Positions 9,801 to 19,566 of a stretch of 64,000 nt of DNA are shown here, piece by piece; the stretch's first letter is position 1; every line of letters begins with the position of its first letter. Position numbers and translations under genes: made by a program. This DNA is from Candidatus Magasanikiibacteriota bacterium (lineage in GTDB: Bacteria; Patescibacteriota; Patescibacteriia; Magasanikbacterales; UBA922). The stretch spans positions 24,624-88,623 of the forward strand of contig JBAYVA010000001.1 in assembly GCA_041674805.1 (NCBI GenBank), read 5' to 3'. Below the pieces are notes generated by a model, which saw only the letters and a program-made list of their open reading frames with translations, was not told where the DNA came from and did not search any database.

Positions 9801-12800
9801 TTCCTTTGAATATTGATATTGGCAAAGCAAGTGTAGTGGTAGAGACATCTAATAAAAAAAGTACGGTAGGTGATAATTTTGTAAATATTGTAAGTGGTTC
9901 AGCTCAACCTAGTTTGTGTAAAATTGAACCAGCCAAAGGTTCTGCACCATTAGAAGAAAATAAAAAATTAATTTTAAAAGGTGAAAATTTTTCTATTACA
10001 CCTAATTTTTATTTTTGGAAAGCGGATAAGTTGAATATACAAGAAAATAACAAAGAAACTTGGTTACAGTCATCTGCTCATAATAATGTTGTTCCTGGTA
10101 AAGAAGTAAAAATTTCTATTCCTGTAGATAGTGAAGATGGAAAATCTATGACTAGTGGTCCAATAGTGGTTGGTGCTGCAGGTAAATTTAGTAATAGTAT
10201 AAATTATGAAGTTATTGATTGTCGTTTGCTTGGTAATGATATTCCTTCAGGTTTTCAATGTTGTACTGTTGGTTCTGAAACTGGTATTTTGAAGACAAAA
10301 AGTGAAGTATGTGCTGATTCTGTGCGTGAGTCAGGATATTCTTGGAGATTTACTACTGGTAAAATACCAGAAAAATTTTATGTTTTAGAACAATGTACAA
10401 AAGGTGTAGTACCGCCAGTACCATCACCAACACCTTGGAGTGCTAGAAATGAAGGTAAAAATGTTTGTGTGAATGCTGCTATTCAGGTGGCATTTAGTTT
10501 ACCTGTAAAAGATGATACTCAAAATAGAAATAATTTTCATATTTATGAATGTGGTACTTCATCTGAAATTTCTTTGAGTAATTGTAATGATGTGACAGCT
10601 ACAAAATTTGAGATTTTTATAAATTCTGGTTTAGTAAATTTTAAATTAAAAGCTGATCAAAATTTGTCAGCAAATACTTGGTATAATATAGCTTTGTCAG
10701 AAAATTTAATTTCACAAAAAGTAGTTACAGAATTATCTTCTAACAATGTTACTAAAAATGAAAAATTACAAAAAACCAAAGAATGTAGAATAGGCAATAA
10801 TAATTTTGCTTATTGTTTTGATTTCAAAACTGGTAATTCTGAAAATTTGTGTACATTAGTAAGAGCTGGTATTTATCCTTCATTGTATGAAAGTAGATTT
10901 TTGGGAGTTTTACAAGATGTACGTTGGCCTTTGAGTAGTAATTTAACAGATATTTTTACTATTGGAAATCCTAATTTACATCCTCAATTTTTTGATATTT
11001 ATGGTATTGGTAATCAAGAGTGTATCGCAATGGATGTAGATGGTTTGGGTTGGGTATGGAGTCCAGATGATGCAACTTCTCCTCCTGTAACTTCAAAAAA
11101 ATATACTGCAAATTCTAGATATGTTGATTCACGTGGTGTGGCTATTGCTTGGTCTGGTACACCAGTAGATGGTAGTGAAATTTTTGCGACATTAACTAGT
11201 AGTACTAAATCTATTGTAGCTACAAGTACTATCAAAGTAGAATTATCAAATCCTAGTGTTGTTTCTACTTGGCCAGTATGTTTGGAGGCTTGTATCAATG
11301 CGGAAATAGGTGCACAATTTAATCAATTGATGATAAAAGATTCTTATGATGGTAATGTTCATTTGTATAAATGTACAGATGAAAATTGTGATAATAATAA
11401 AGTAGAACAATCTATAAATATTTCATCAAATAGTGATTATCAAAATTTAAGATTTTATAATAGTACTGATTTAGCAACTAGTACTTGGTATTTAGTTGAG
11501 CTTACTGATGGTATTTATTCTGTTGGTGATGCTAGACAAATTACACAAGCTGGCGGTATTTCCTTAAAGCCAGGTAAACCTTTGCCAAGAACAACTTGGA
11601 AATTCAAAACAAAAGATTCTTCAGAGCCTTGTATTGTAGATAATGTTAGTGTTATACCAAATCCATTTTTTGCTTATTATGTTGGTCAAAAAACTCAATA
11701 TAGTGCGCAAGCTAGAGGCGCTGTGGACAATTGTAGTCCAAAAGGTCAATTGTTGAATCCTTGGAATTATGGTTGGGAATGGTCTGTCAGAGATATTAAT
11801 ATTGCAGATACTACTAATTTTAGTATATCTAATAATTTTAATATAAATTTTTGTTCATTAAATTGTTTACCTGCAGGTAGTGATGTATCTATTAGAGCTG
11901 ATCAAACTTATCCTGTTTGTGGAGATAGTATTGTTGACTCTGGTGAAGATTGTGATATTGGTATGAGTGGAGAGATCGTTGGTGTAAGTTGTACTTATAA
12001 TTGTTTACGTCCAGGTAATACAAATACAACTACTTGTGGAAATGGTATTGTTGATGAAAACTTAGGTGAAGAATGTGATCCTAATGCAGAAAATGCTTCT
12101 GAAAGAGAAGGTGGCTATTGTTCAAACAATTGTTTGCGTATTGGATCTAAACAAGAAGTTTCCAATGTTTCCAGTGCTCCTATTTGTGGTAGTGGTAATA
12201 TAACATATGGTGAAGATTGTGATATAAAAGATCCAAATTCTAGTCAAGGTTGTTCAAATAATTGTCTAAATTCTGGTACAAAATTAGCACAAGTTTGGTG
12301 TGATTCCAGAGGTGCTTCTATGAGTTCAAGTGACGAAATTGCTTGTCAAAATGCTATAAGTATTTGTGGTAATGGTGATATAGAATCTGGTGAAGAGTGT
12401 GAAGCAGGTAATAATGGTGCGAGTGAAAATAATTGTAATAGTAGATGTTTACTTACCAATGTTTGTGGTCATATTTTAGAACAGTGTGAAAAAGGGGACG
12501 AAGGTTGTAATGATGATTGTACTTTGAAAGGTTCTGCTTTGTCTTATAATACACCTTCTTTATGTGGGGATGGTGTTCTTGGTACAGGTGAATCAAATAG
12601 ATGTGAAGTAGTTTTAGAAGCAAATGAAAATCTTATTAGTAGTCCAGTACAAATAATTACAGCAAAAGGTGATGCTCCTGCTAGTGCTAATGATTTAGAG
12701 ATTGTTAGTGCGATGAATACTAAAATTTTTGCTAAACCAGTTAAATATTATTTTAGAGATCAGAATAATATAGAAAAATCTATCAATATTACTACTATAA

Positions 12801-15800
12801 AAGGTGAGGCTGATTATAGTTTGATGTGTGGTTATGAAGAATATAGTGAAGAGAATGATGATTCAAAATATAATGATTGTCCTAATAATGTAGAAAATAA
12901 TTTAGGTGTAGCTAGTAATAGTTGTTGTTATAATAGACCTGTACGTACTGCACAATATCCAGCTGTAAATGCAGAAGGAGTTTGTAGAAACACTTATATA
13001 GAAGTGCAGTTTCCAAAATTAATGAACAAATTGTCTTTTGAAAATAATGTTTCTATTGTACAAGGTTATGATAAAGGTGAAAATTATGCTAATTATGAGT
13101 GTTCTCAACATCAACAAATAGATGTAACAACAGAAGTAAATCAATATTTAGGTGTTAGTGACACTGATAATATTGCAAAAGGTTTTTGGCAAAAAGTATG
13201 GTTGACTATAAAAGATTTTTTTGTAAAATTATTTACTGGAAAAGCTTTTGCTTCAGAAGTTGTGAGAGAAAATAATGATTTATCTGGTAGAAATATTGTT
13301 TGGTGTGCTTCTTCTAATTTAAAAGTTGCTCCAAATGTTACTTATGAAAATAATAATTCAGTAACTACTACGATTGCAGGTCTTTTATTATCAAATTTAT
13401 TAGATTCAAATGTTTATGTTTTGGTTGTTTTGAATGGAGATAAAGATGGTATAAAAGATTTCAATAATGTTGGTATAAAAAATGTTTATTCAAATATAAG
13501 AGAAGATTTTTGGTTATTCAAAACAGGTAATGATCTTTGTAAAGTAGATAAAATAGAAGTGGATCCTGTTACTGCGGTTTTTGATAAACAAAATGATTCA
13601 AAAGATTTCAAAATAAATGTTTTTAGTAAAAATACTTCACAAAAGATTACTAGAATACCAAATGTTTATGATTGGCAATATTCTTGGCATCCTACCAATA
13701 ACCCAATATTCAATATTCCAAATATAGATAGTTCTACCAATATTATTAGTTCTAAAAATGTGGAAGGTCAAATGGATGGTTTGGCTCAAGTAAAAATTAC
13801 AAAAGATATTAGTGCTGAAAATTCAGATGAAGGCAGAACATTTTCAGCAAATTTTTATTTGCAATCATTCTTTTGTTCTAATATTTGGCCATCAAATTTG
13901 ACGAGCGTTTCTGGTTCATCTGCTTCTCAAGTTAGTTACTCAGATAATTTATTTAGTGACAACAAATTTAATTTTTCTTTTCTTTATTGTGCTGATAATA
14001 ATAATCCTTTGCTAACAGAGGATGATTTACCTTTGTTTGATAATATTATTTTATCTAATAATAATTTAGATGAATATGGTGTAGGTGACACAGCTTTAGG
14101 TAGATATTTATTATTTTCTTCTACAACTAATGATGCTTTGGGTATTCAAATTTTTGAAAATGTTCCAAGTAGTAATGGTACTCCTCGTAGTTTGACACAA
14201 TGGTATATGGACAAATTTGATAGTCTTGGTGATATGAAACCTAGTACTGTTGCAGGTTATGAAGCTTTGTCCAATGGTAGTAATTACTATGTAAGTGTTT
14301 ATGATGTTGATAAAGATAGAAATGGCAATTTGGGTACTGTTTATAATTATGTAATATTGTTTAGTCTTACTAATAATTCTTCTCAAGATAGTAGCAAAGT
14401 ATTTTCTCAAATAATTGAAAATGTAAAATTCAATACAAAAATGACTGATTTTGGTAAATGTTTGTTGGCAGGAAATCTTGAAGAAGAAGTTCGTACTGGT
14501 ACAGGAGAAATTTCTGAAATAGATTGTACGACTGATTTTGATTGTCGTGATACTAGTGGTTTGCCTTTAACGGGAACTGCAGGTTTTTGTCATAATGAAA
14601 TTAGTAAATTTTTTAGAGATTTGAATAGATTGAGTAGTTTGAGTGTTTCACAAGCTAATCTAGATAAATATTTTTCTGCGGATTTAGGCAAAAGTGATTT
14701 TGTGGGGGATTTGAAGAGTGGCTCGTTTGTTTATGGTTATAGTAATTCTAAATGGCAAAATTCTTGGGGACTTTTAAATAGTTATGCTGGTAAATTAGCT
14801 CTAGACCCTGTAAATCAATGGGCTGGTTGTACCGATCATGATCCTTTGACTTGTTGGAATGCTGCTAGTTCTACTTATGCTTGTCCTAATTTTGCACAAA
14901 TTTATGAATATAGATTTGTAACTTCTACACAAAGTTACAATCTTTATGCTCCTTTTGAATATTTGCAAAGTGGACAAGATGCTGACTTTGTAAAAAGGTA
15001 TATAGATACTAATAAAATTAATTTTGGTAGATTTTGTGAAGTTGGTAATTTGACATCTTTGATGAGTGTCTGTGGTGATAATTTGATAAGTACTTCAGCT
15101 GGTGAAGAATGTGAACCTCCAAATAGTACTAAATTATTATCTTCTTACAGAGGTAATAGCTGTACTGTTCCGGGTACTAGATATTTAGCTACTTGTAATC
15201 CAAATAATTGTACTTGGAATGTTTCATCATCTTGTACAGAAAAGATAGCTGTATGTGGTAATAGAACAGTTGAAACAGATGAAGAATGTGATGAGGGTGT
15301 TTTAAATGGAACCTATGGTCATTGTGGTAGTAACTGTAAATTACCATTAAGTACTAATTATACAGGTGCTGGATCTTGTGGTGATAAAATTTGGCAAAGT
15401 AGTCAAGAATTATGTGATATAAATGAAAATAGATATTTAACAGGTTATTGTGAGTTGAATAAAAACAAAGTTTGTTCAAATGATAATGATTGTAAAGAAA
15501 ATTTTTCAGGAAGAGTAGAAACACCTATTTATGAAACAAAACAAAGTTTGTGTAGTAGTAGAGATAGAAATACTGGATTACCTATTTGTTCGGGTGGTGT
15601 AACAAAACAAGTTAGTTGTGGTGGTCCTGAAGATGATATTTGTCGTACTTATGATTCTAATTCTACTTGTATAGAACAAGATGGAAATAAAGTTTGTAGT
15701 GGTAGAGCAGTTCAATCTATTAGTTGTGTGGTTGATAATGATTGTATAGATAGTGATGGTAACAAATTGACTTATCAAGAACAGGTGGGTGTAAATGTGG

Positions 15801-17944
15801 TTGATGAATCTTATACTAATAATTTTGGTTCTTGTCTTTCGGAAAATGAAACTACTTACGATTTCAAAAAAGATAATACTTGTTCTTATGATTGTCGTAG
15901 TAGAGCTGGTTATTGTGGCGATGGTATTAGACAGTCTCAATATGAACAATGTGATGATAGTAATAATAACAATGGTGATGCTTGCGACAGTAATTGTAAT
16001 TTTGAGAAATTTTGTACATATCCTTATGTTCAAAATACATTATCTTGTAATGAAGATAATAATTGTCCAATGTCAAAAATTGATATTGCTGGAAATCAGA
16101 AATTTATATTATCAAATTCAAATAGAAAAGTTTGTTTGTTTAATGAAAAAGATTTGGTTTATACTCCTATAAATAATTCAGATGTTGTAGAACCTTTTTA
16201 TTGTGAGAGTGATGAATATTGTCGTGATCAAGATACTTATTTATCAAGAGTGACTTATATAAATAATATAGCAACTGCTGATTTAGTTTTTAATTCTTTA
16301 ACTTGTCGTTCTATTGATATTATTGGTGGTTTTGGAGACAATGATAATGCACAGTGTTTGCCAAAATCAGCTGAATATGTTGTTCCAGAACAATCTCAAG
16401 AAAATAATGTTGTTTCTCCTTCTTGTGGTAATGGCGTAAGAGATTTTATTGATAAAAATAATAATAGTATAAGAGATGACGGCGAAAATTGGACAGAACA
16501 ATGTGATGTAGGAAATCAAAATGGAGTAGAATGTAATCCTACATATGGACAATCTTGTACATATTGTAATTCTGCTTGTGTTGTCCAAACAAAAGAGTCA
16601 GCTATGCGTTGTGGTAATGGTATTGTGGATAAAGATGAAAATGGAAATTGGTTGGAGGCTTGTGATTATAAGTTAACTGCAGAGGGTAATCAAGTTTTTT
16701 CACATAATGATCTTGAATCTAATGTTTTGCGTTGTACTTCCGAGCAAAAGGGTAGTTATTCTTGTAACAATTCTTGTCAATTAGTAGAAAATAATTGTAT
16801 AAATTGTGGTCTTGGTATTAATTTACCTTTGGCTAGATTGGCAATTATCAATCCTATGGTTGCTGGTGGTAACGCAAATTATACTACTCAACCATATGTA
16901 GCTTTATTAAAACAAAATGTTAATCTTACTAATTCTTTTGTGGCAAGTGTTTGGCGTAAGATAAATTTTGCTGGTAATGCTCGTATAAATTCAGCTGAAC
17001 CAAATAGTTTGATAGTGGATGGTGTAGGTATCCCTGTTGTGAATGGTATGGGTCTTGAGACAAATAGTCAGTGTACTTACAAATTATTTTTCAATCCGTT
17101 TACCAATGATTTCATGGGAGGAAGTACTACTGTGGATGCAAAAGTAGTGGCTGGTCTTGGTGATTTGTTTGATTATCCTGTAAATAGTGAAGTTTCTTAT
17201 GTTGATAATGAAGTCATAATGTCACCAGCTGTACCTGAAGATAGTATTCGTGTTGTAATTAGATGGAAGAAAAATGGTAATATCAATTTTGTTGGTAATT
17301 TTTATTCTGACAAAATTGAATCAGAAAATGTTCAATCTACTAGTTTTAGATATGTAGAAAATGATGATAAAACATATGATGCAATGACTATTGTTGGTAG
17401 TACAACAACACCAAATGAATATGTCGTACCAGAATACTCAAATAATCATAGTGTTTATACTGATTCTGTAGCTAGATTTTATTTCCATCCTTTGATTAAT
17501 ACTGAATATTCAGGTACACAGGCAATGACATTTAGTGCAAAAAATTTGAATTCAACTGTCAGTAGTACTTTGGGATTTTATGTAAGTTCTCCAAATGGAC
17601 CAATTAATCAATTGAAAAATAATGATGTTTGGGTAGAAGTATATAGGTATCATCCAAATCAAGTTCCTTCTTTTTCTATTTATAAACCAGATTTAACTTT
17701 CAAATTAAGTAATGCTAAGTCTTCAGCATATTCTTTGGCTAGTTATTGGCATGTATTTAATATTTATATGAATGAAAATCGTATTGCTTTATTACCTGTT
17801 GGTAAAGACAATGTTTTTGTACCTATGAATTCAGAAAATTATTGGAGTTATAATCCTTTTGTTGTGGATTATGGTGGTGCTATTATAAATGGAGAGTGTG
17901 AAGTAAGAAAAGCTATGCCAAATACTACTCCGTGTAATCAATAA
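6848..17944 (+). CDS. Giant 3698-aa surface protein: VirB2-like pilin domain, Ig-like, IPT/TIG, LamG and about 11 Myxococcus-type Cys-rich repeats
   Basis: Pilin motif as in the upstream gene; IPT motifs (GNWITISGRNFG, WSDKQIIVKVP); LamG motifs (DGKWHQV, LYVDG, GFIDELNVWNRVLS); repeated CG(D/N)...EECD. Confidence 0.8.
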   Translation: MKFFTQQKFKFLVLGLFFPLFIFGLFLSLPVLAQTATDTLGVDVVADNVALGGGDFRVIVVKIINTILTLLGIVVVVIILYGGFVYMTAGGEDDKVSKARKIIINGIIGLAIILSAWAITRFVLNKLGQATGLQNVVDTSLEGDCFTPGTPYYEKYSNTVHCQDVVDDFPDQSCTEKHFIAKSITPSTKLDDVVGMNNVIIRAVFSREVGSSLNEAIKIEKDGVDITGEFNFSFKENNQVIEANSITNDGCDSSQNGKCISKGDYVVRLLDIKDKNGNSLEVDVENCDTYPKDASFKVGNETNILDNNSPVITNLKFNNLSGGNVRVAPNKYYPISVSVNDRSFVGYGGNAYVLIKVYKKGSEQNVLKKYLHAPMVSFGSSAEFSFNYALLVKNNFEKNVDYIIDVTSYDIDSNFSNEKLEFRVVPESCFNDVQDADEEGIDVGGICGTDLGSSCKKQNDCSLSYKCLNAVDNLCVGTDDCLCKKWPYIENIEQNNGASGNWITISGRNFGNSNGEIHFNYDTNNDNVFDFANIVSLAQCRGKDVWNDNWIIVEVPNKPTGVTVNPVISVKNLELAGSVSDSISTPNYPSSMNPGHVLNLHLDEISGTTITNSINANNNLQVIGNVAFGNDGKFGKAIAFDKDPDSPSFNINDKEILKLYVNAGDPLDLAKGSIFAWIKKTNNTVGQDTIVSKNSSYGLFLVDNKLAVGEWYPSGGGRVIPSNTNVVDGKWHQVGLVFDKGVTNGTKLYVDGNLVLTTTTQFFAGYAGDFVVGANNNGTANFYTGFIDELNVWNRVLSSDEITSLYNTVSPNYKFTDFGNDDFGPNVGVFTYNNIKRPGLCAVTVSGSEQTMAEPKKDIEATGKAFGTTGKMFFGINDVAIKSWSDNSVQAVVPFVSKGKYGVFVQVNGEKSNAVPFSVVETGADKLPLILKIDPVTTTPGSYITIIGNDFGSAYGNVLINGVESGELPIYCGNTWSDKQIIVKVPLNIDIGKASVVVETSNKKSTVGDNFVNIVSGSAQPSLCKIEPAKGSAPLEENKKLILKGENFSITPNFYFWKADKLNIQENNKETWLQSSAHNNVVPGKEVKISIPVDSEDGKSMTSGPIVVGAAGKFSNSINYEVIDCRLLGNDIPSGFQCCTVGSETGILKTKSEVCADSVRESGYSWRFTTGKIPEKFYVLEQCTKGVVPPVPSPTPWSARNEGKNVCVNAAIQVAFSLPVKDDTQNRNNFHIYECGTSSEISLSNCNDVTATKFEIFINSGLVNFKLKADQNLSANTWYNIALSENLISQKVVTELSSNNVTKNEKLQKTKECRIGNNNFAYCFDFKTGNSENLCTLVRAGIYPSLYESRFLGVLQDVRWPLSSNLTDIFTIGNPNLHPQFFDIYGIGNQECIAMDVDGLGWVWSPDDATSPPVTSKKYTANSRYVDSRGVAIAWSGTPVDGSEIFATLTSSTKSIVATSTIKVELSNPSVVSTWPVCLEACINAEIGAQFNQLMIKDSYDGNVHLYKCTDENCDNNKVEQSINISSNSDYQNLRFYNSTDLATSTWYLVELTDGIYSVGDARQITQAGGISLKPGKPLPRTTWKFKTKDSSEPCIVDNVSVIPNPFFAYYVGQKTQYSAQARGAVDNCSPKGQLLNPWNYGWEWSVRDINIADTTNFSISNNFNINFCSLNCLPAGSDVSIRADQTYPVCGDSIVDSGEDCDIGMSGEIVGVSCTYNCLRPGNTNTTTCGNGIVDENLGEECDPNAENASEREGGYCSNNCLRIGSKQEVSNVSSAPICGSGNITYGEDCDIKDPNSSQGCSNNCLNSGTKLAQVWCDSRGASMSSSDEIACQNAISICGNGDIESGEECEAGNNGASENNCNSRCLLTNVCGHILEQCEKGDEGCNDDCTLKGSALSYNTPSLCGDGVLGTGESNRCEVVLEANENLISSPVQIITAKGDAPASANDLEIVSAMNTKIFAKPVKYYFRDQNNIEKSINITTIKGEADYSLMCGYEEYSEENDDSKYNDCPNNVENNLGVASNSCCYNRPVRTAQYPAVNAEGVCRNTYIEVQFPKLMNKLSFENNVSIVQGYDKGENYANYECSQHQQIDVTTEVNQYLGVSDTDNIAKGFWQKVWLTIKDFFVKLFTGKAFASEVVRENNDLSGRNIVWCASSNLKVAPNVTYENNNSVTTTIAGLLLSNLLDSNVYVLVVLNGDKDGIKDFNNVGIKNVYSNIREDFWLFKTGNDLCKVDKIEVDPVTAVFDKQNDSKDFKINVFSKNTSQKITRIPNVYDWQYSWHPTNNPIFNIPNIDSSTNIISSKNVEGQMDGLAQVKITKDISAENSDEGRTFSANFYLQSFFCSNIWPSNLTSVSGSSASQVSYSDNLFSDNKFNFSFLYCADNNNPLLTEDDLPLFDNIILSNNNLDEYGVGDTALGRYLLFSSTTNDALGIQIFENVPSSNGTPRSLTQWYMDKFDSLGDMKPSTVAGYEALSNGSNYYVSVYDVDKDRNGNLGTVYNYVILFSLTNNSSQDSSKVFSQIIENVKFNTKMTDFGKCLLAGNLEEEVRTGTGEISEIDCTTDFDCRDTSGLPLTGTAGFCHNEISKFFRDLNRLSSLSVSQANLDKYFSADLGKSDFVGDLKSGSFVYGYSNSKWQNSWGLLNSYAGKLALDPVNQWAGCTDHDPLTCWNAASSTYACPNFAQIYEYRFVTSTQSYNLYAPFEYLQSGQDADFVKRYIDTNKINFGRFCEVGNLTSLMSVCGDNLISTSAGEECEPPNSTKLLSSYRGNSCTVPGTRYLATCNPNNCTWNVSSSCTEKIAVCGNRTVETDEECDEGVLNGTYGHCGSNCKLPLSTNYTGAGSCGDKIWQSSQELCDINENRYLTGYCELNKNKVCSNDNDCKENFSGRVETPIYETKQSLCSSRDRNTGLPICSGGVTKQVSCGGPEDDICRTYDSNSTCIEQDGNKVCSGRAVQSISCVVDNDCIDSDGNKLTYQEQVGVNVVDESYTNNFGSCLSENETTYDFKKDNTCSYDCRSRAGYCGDGIRQSQYEQCDDSNNNNGDACDSNCNFEKFCTYPYVQNTLSCNEDNNCPMSKIDIAGNQKFILSNSNRKVCLFNEKDLVYTPINNSDVVEPFYCESDEYCRDQDTYLSRVTYINNIATADLVFNSLTCRSIDIIGGFGDNDNAQCLPKSAEYVVPEQSQENNVVSPSCGNGVRDFIDKNNNSIRDDGENWTEQCDVGNQNGVECNPTYGQSCTYCNSACVVQTKESAMRCGNGIVDKDENGNWLEACDYKLTAEGNQVFSHNDLESNVLRCTSEQKGSYSCNNSCQLVENNCINCGLGINLPLARLAIINPMVAGGNANYTTQPYVALLKQNVNLTNSFVASVWRKINFAGNARINSAEPNSLIVDGVGIPVVNGMGLETNSQCTYKLFFNPFTNDFMGGSTTVDAKVVAGLGDLFDYPVNSEVSYVDNEVIMSPAVPEDSIRVVIRWKKNGNINFVGNFYSDKIESENVQSTSFRYVENDDKTYDAMTIVGSTTTPNEYVVPEYSNNHSVYTDSVARFYFHPLINTEYSGTQAMTFSAKNLNSTVSSTLGFYVSSPNGPINQLKNNDVWVEVYRYHPNQVPSFSIYKPDLTFKLSNAKSSAYSLASYWHVFNIYMNENRIALLPVGKDNVFVPMNSENYWSYNPFVVDYGGAIINGECEVRKAMPNTTPCNQ

Positions 17945-17949
17945 ACTTT

Positions 17950-18366
17950 ATGAATAAAAAAAAAATTATAATTTTGTCTTTGATTTTTCTAATCATCATT
18001 GTTTCTTTATCAATTTTAGTTTATAATAAGAACAAGGTTGAAAATAATAATGTTGAGACACAAACAGTCAATACTCAGTCAAATAATAATTCAGAATCAG
18101 AAAAAGAAGTTGATTTGGTAAAATTACCAAATGAATTAGTTAATATGCCAGAATGGTATTTGACTGATAAAGATGGTGATGGTTTAACTGATGATGAAGA
18201 AGATAAAATAGGTACTAATAAATGGGAATCAGATTCTGATTTTGATGGATTGTCTGATAAATTAGAAATAGAACAATATAAGACAGATCCACTGAAAGCT
18301 GATACAGATGGAGATACATATTCAGATGGTTTAGAAATTTTGAATAATTACGATCCTTTGAAATAA
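17950..18366 (+). CDS. Membrane-anchored protein with bacterial TSP3-like Ca-binding repeats
   Basis: N-terminal TM; DKDGDGLTDDEE, DSDFDGLSD, DTDGDTYSDGLE. Confidence 0.8.
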   Translation: MNKKKIIILSLIFLIIIVSLSILVYNKNKVENNNVETQTVNTQSNNNSESEKEVDLVKLPNELVNMPEWYLTDKDGDGLTDDEEDKIGTNKWESDSDFDGLSDKLEIEQYKTDPLKADTDGDTYSDGLEILNNYDPLK

Positions 18367-18389
18367 TATAATTATAATTTAAATTTTTT

Positions 18390-19412
18390 ATGTTTGATGA
18401 TCACAATTCACAAAATAGTAGTGGTCAAGTACCTAGTAACTTGCCGATAGGAGAACCAGAAGATATTTTCAATGATTCTTCTTCTGATAGTAATTCTTTT
18501 GCTACTGCTAATAATGTAGAAGAACCAAGCAAATTAAAAACTTCTGCTTTGGATGCTGGTATTTTGAAACCAAAGGTAGAAGAAAATGTACCTGTACAAA
18601 ATAAAAAACCTGATGATATGTTTGGTGAATTTGATAATGGTTTCAAAAGTGATTATACTGGCGCAAATACCAATGTACCTGTAGCAAACTCTGGTGCAAA
18701 TAATAATTTTGCTGAAAATAATAATCAAAATTATTATAACCCTAACAATCAGAGCAATCAAAATAATAATGCAAATACTATTTTACCTCCACAAGGTATG
18801 ACACCTGCTTATGAAAATAATTCAGAGATTTCTGAACCAGTAGGTAACAAAAAAGTAATTGTTTGGATTATTGTATTGGTAGTTATATTTGTATTAGGTT
18901 CTGGCAGTGCTTGGATTTATTTTTCTTTTATTAAAGAAAAAAATAATACTAATGTTTTTGAAAAAGATGTTACTGTAATAGATGAACCTACTATACCTGT
19001 AGAGAACAATGTTAATAATAATACTACTTCTTCTACAAATTTAAATGAACAAATTGTGGTAGGTGAACCTTTAGATACAGATGGTGATGGATTGACAGAT
19101 GTGAGGGAAACATCTATTGGAACAGATCCTTTAAATTGGGATACAGATGGTGATGGTCTTAGTGATGCTGATGAAGTAAATATTTGGAAAACACAACCAA
19201 TGGTAGCTGATACAGATGGTGATGGTTATACTGACGGTGTTGAAATAAAAAATGGTTATAGTCCAACAGGACCTGGTAAATTATTTGAAATTCCTTTGGA
19301 AAATAATGCAAATAATTTGATTGAAACTGTGAGTACTACAAATAATATGATTATTTCTACTACTACAGTTACTTCTACTAGTAGTACTATATCTACTACA
19401 ACACAAAAATAG
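18390..19412 (+). CDS. Membrane protein: disordered Asn-rich N-terminus, TM, TSP3-like repeats, Thr/Ser tail
   Basis: [17 protein letters not shown]; three DTDGDGLTD-type repeats. Confidence 0.8.
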   Translation: MFDDHNSQNSSGQVPSNLPIGEPEDIFNDSSSDSNSFATANNVEEPSKLKTSALDAGILKPKVEENVPVQNKKPDDMFGEFDNGFKSDYTGANTNVPVANSGANNNFAENNNQNYYNPNNQSNQNNNANTILPPQGMTPAYENNSEISEPVGNKKVIVWIIVLVVIFVLGSGSAWIYFSFIKEKNNTNVFEKDVTVIDEPTIPVENNVNNNTTSSTNLNEQIVVGEPLDTDGDGLTDVRETSIGTDPLNWDTDGDGLSDADEVNIWKTQPMVADTDGDGYTDGVEIKNGYSPTGPGKLFEIPLENNANNLIETVSTTNNMIISTTTVTSTSSTISTTTQK

Positions 19413-19566
19413 TAGTATTTTAATTAAGTTATTTTTTTGTATAATTTTTTTATAATTACTTATTTGGATTAGTTCGCTCATAGTACAAAGCGGATTATAA
19501 TATTATTTTTTATACCTTGTATTCTGATTTCATTGGGATTGCATGGTATTTGATTAAATCTAATTT

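Noticed and set aside
15578-16172. Overlapping alternative-frame ORFs in the giant gene, and similar short antisense ORFs throughout
   Set aside because: Shadow ORFs caused by codon bias of the real genes; no recognisable motifs.
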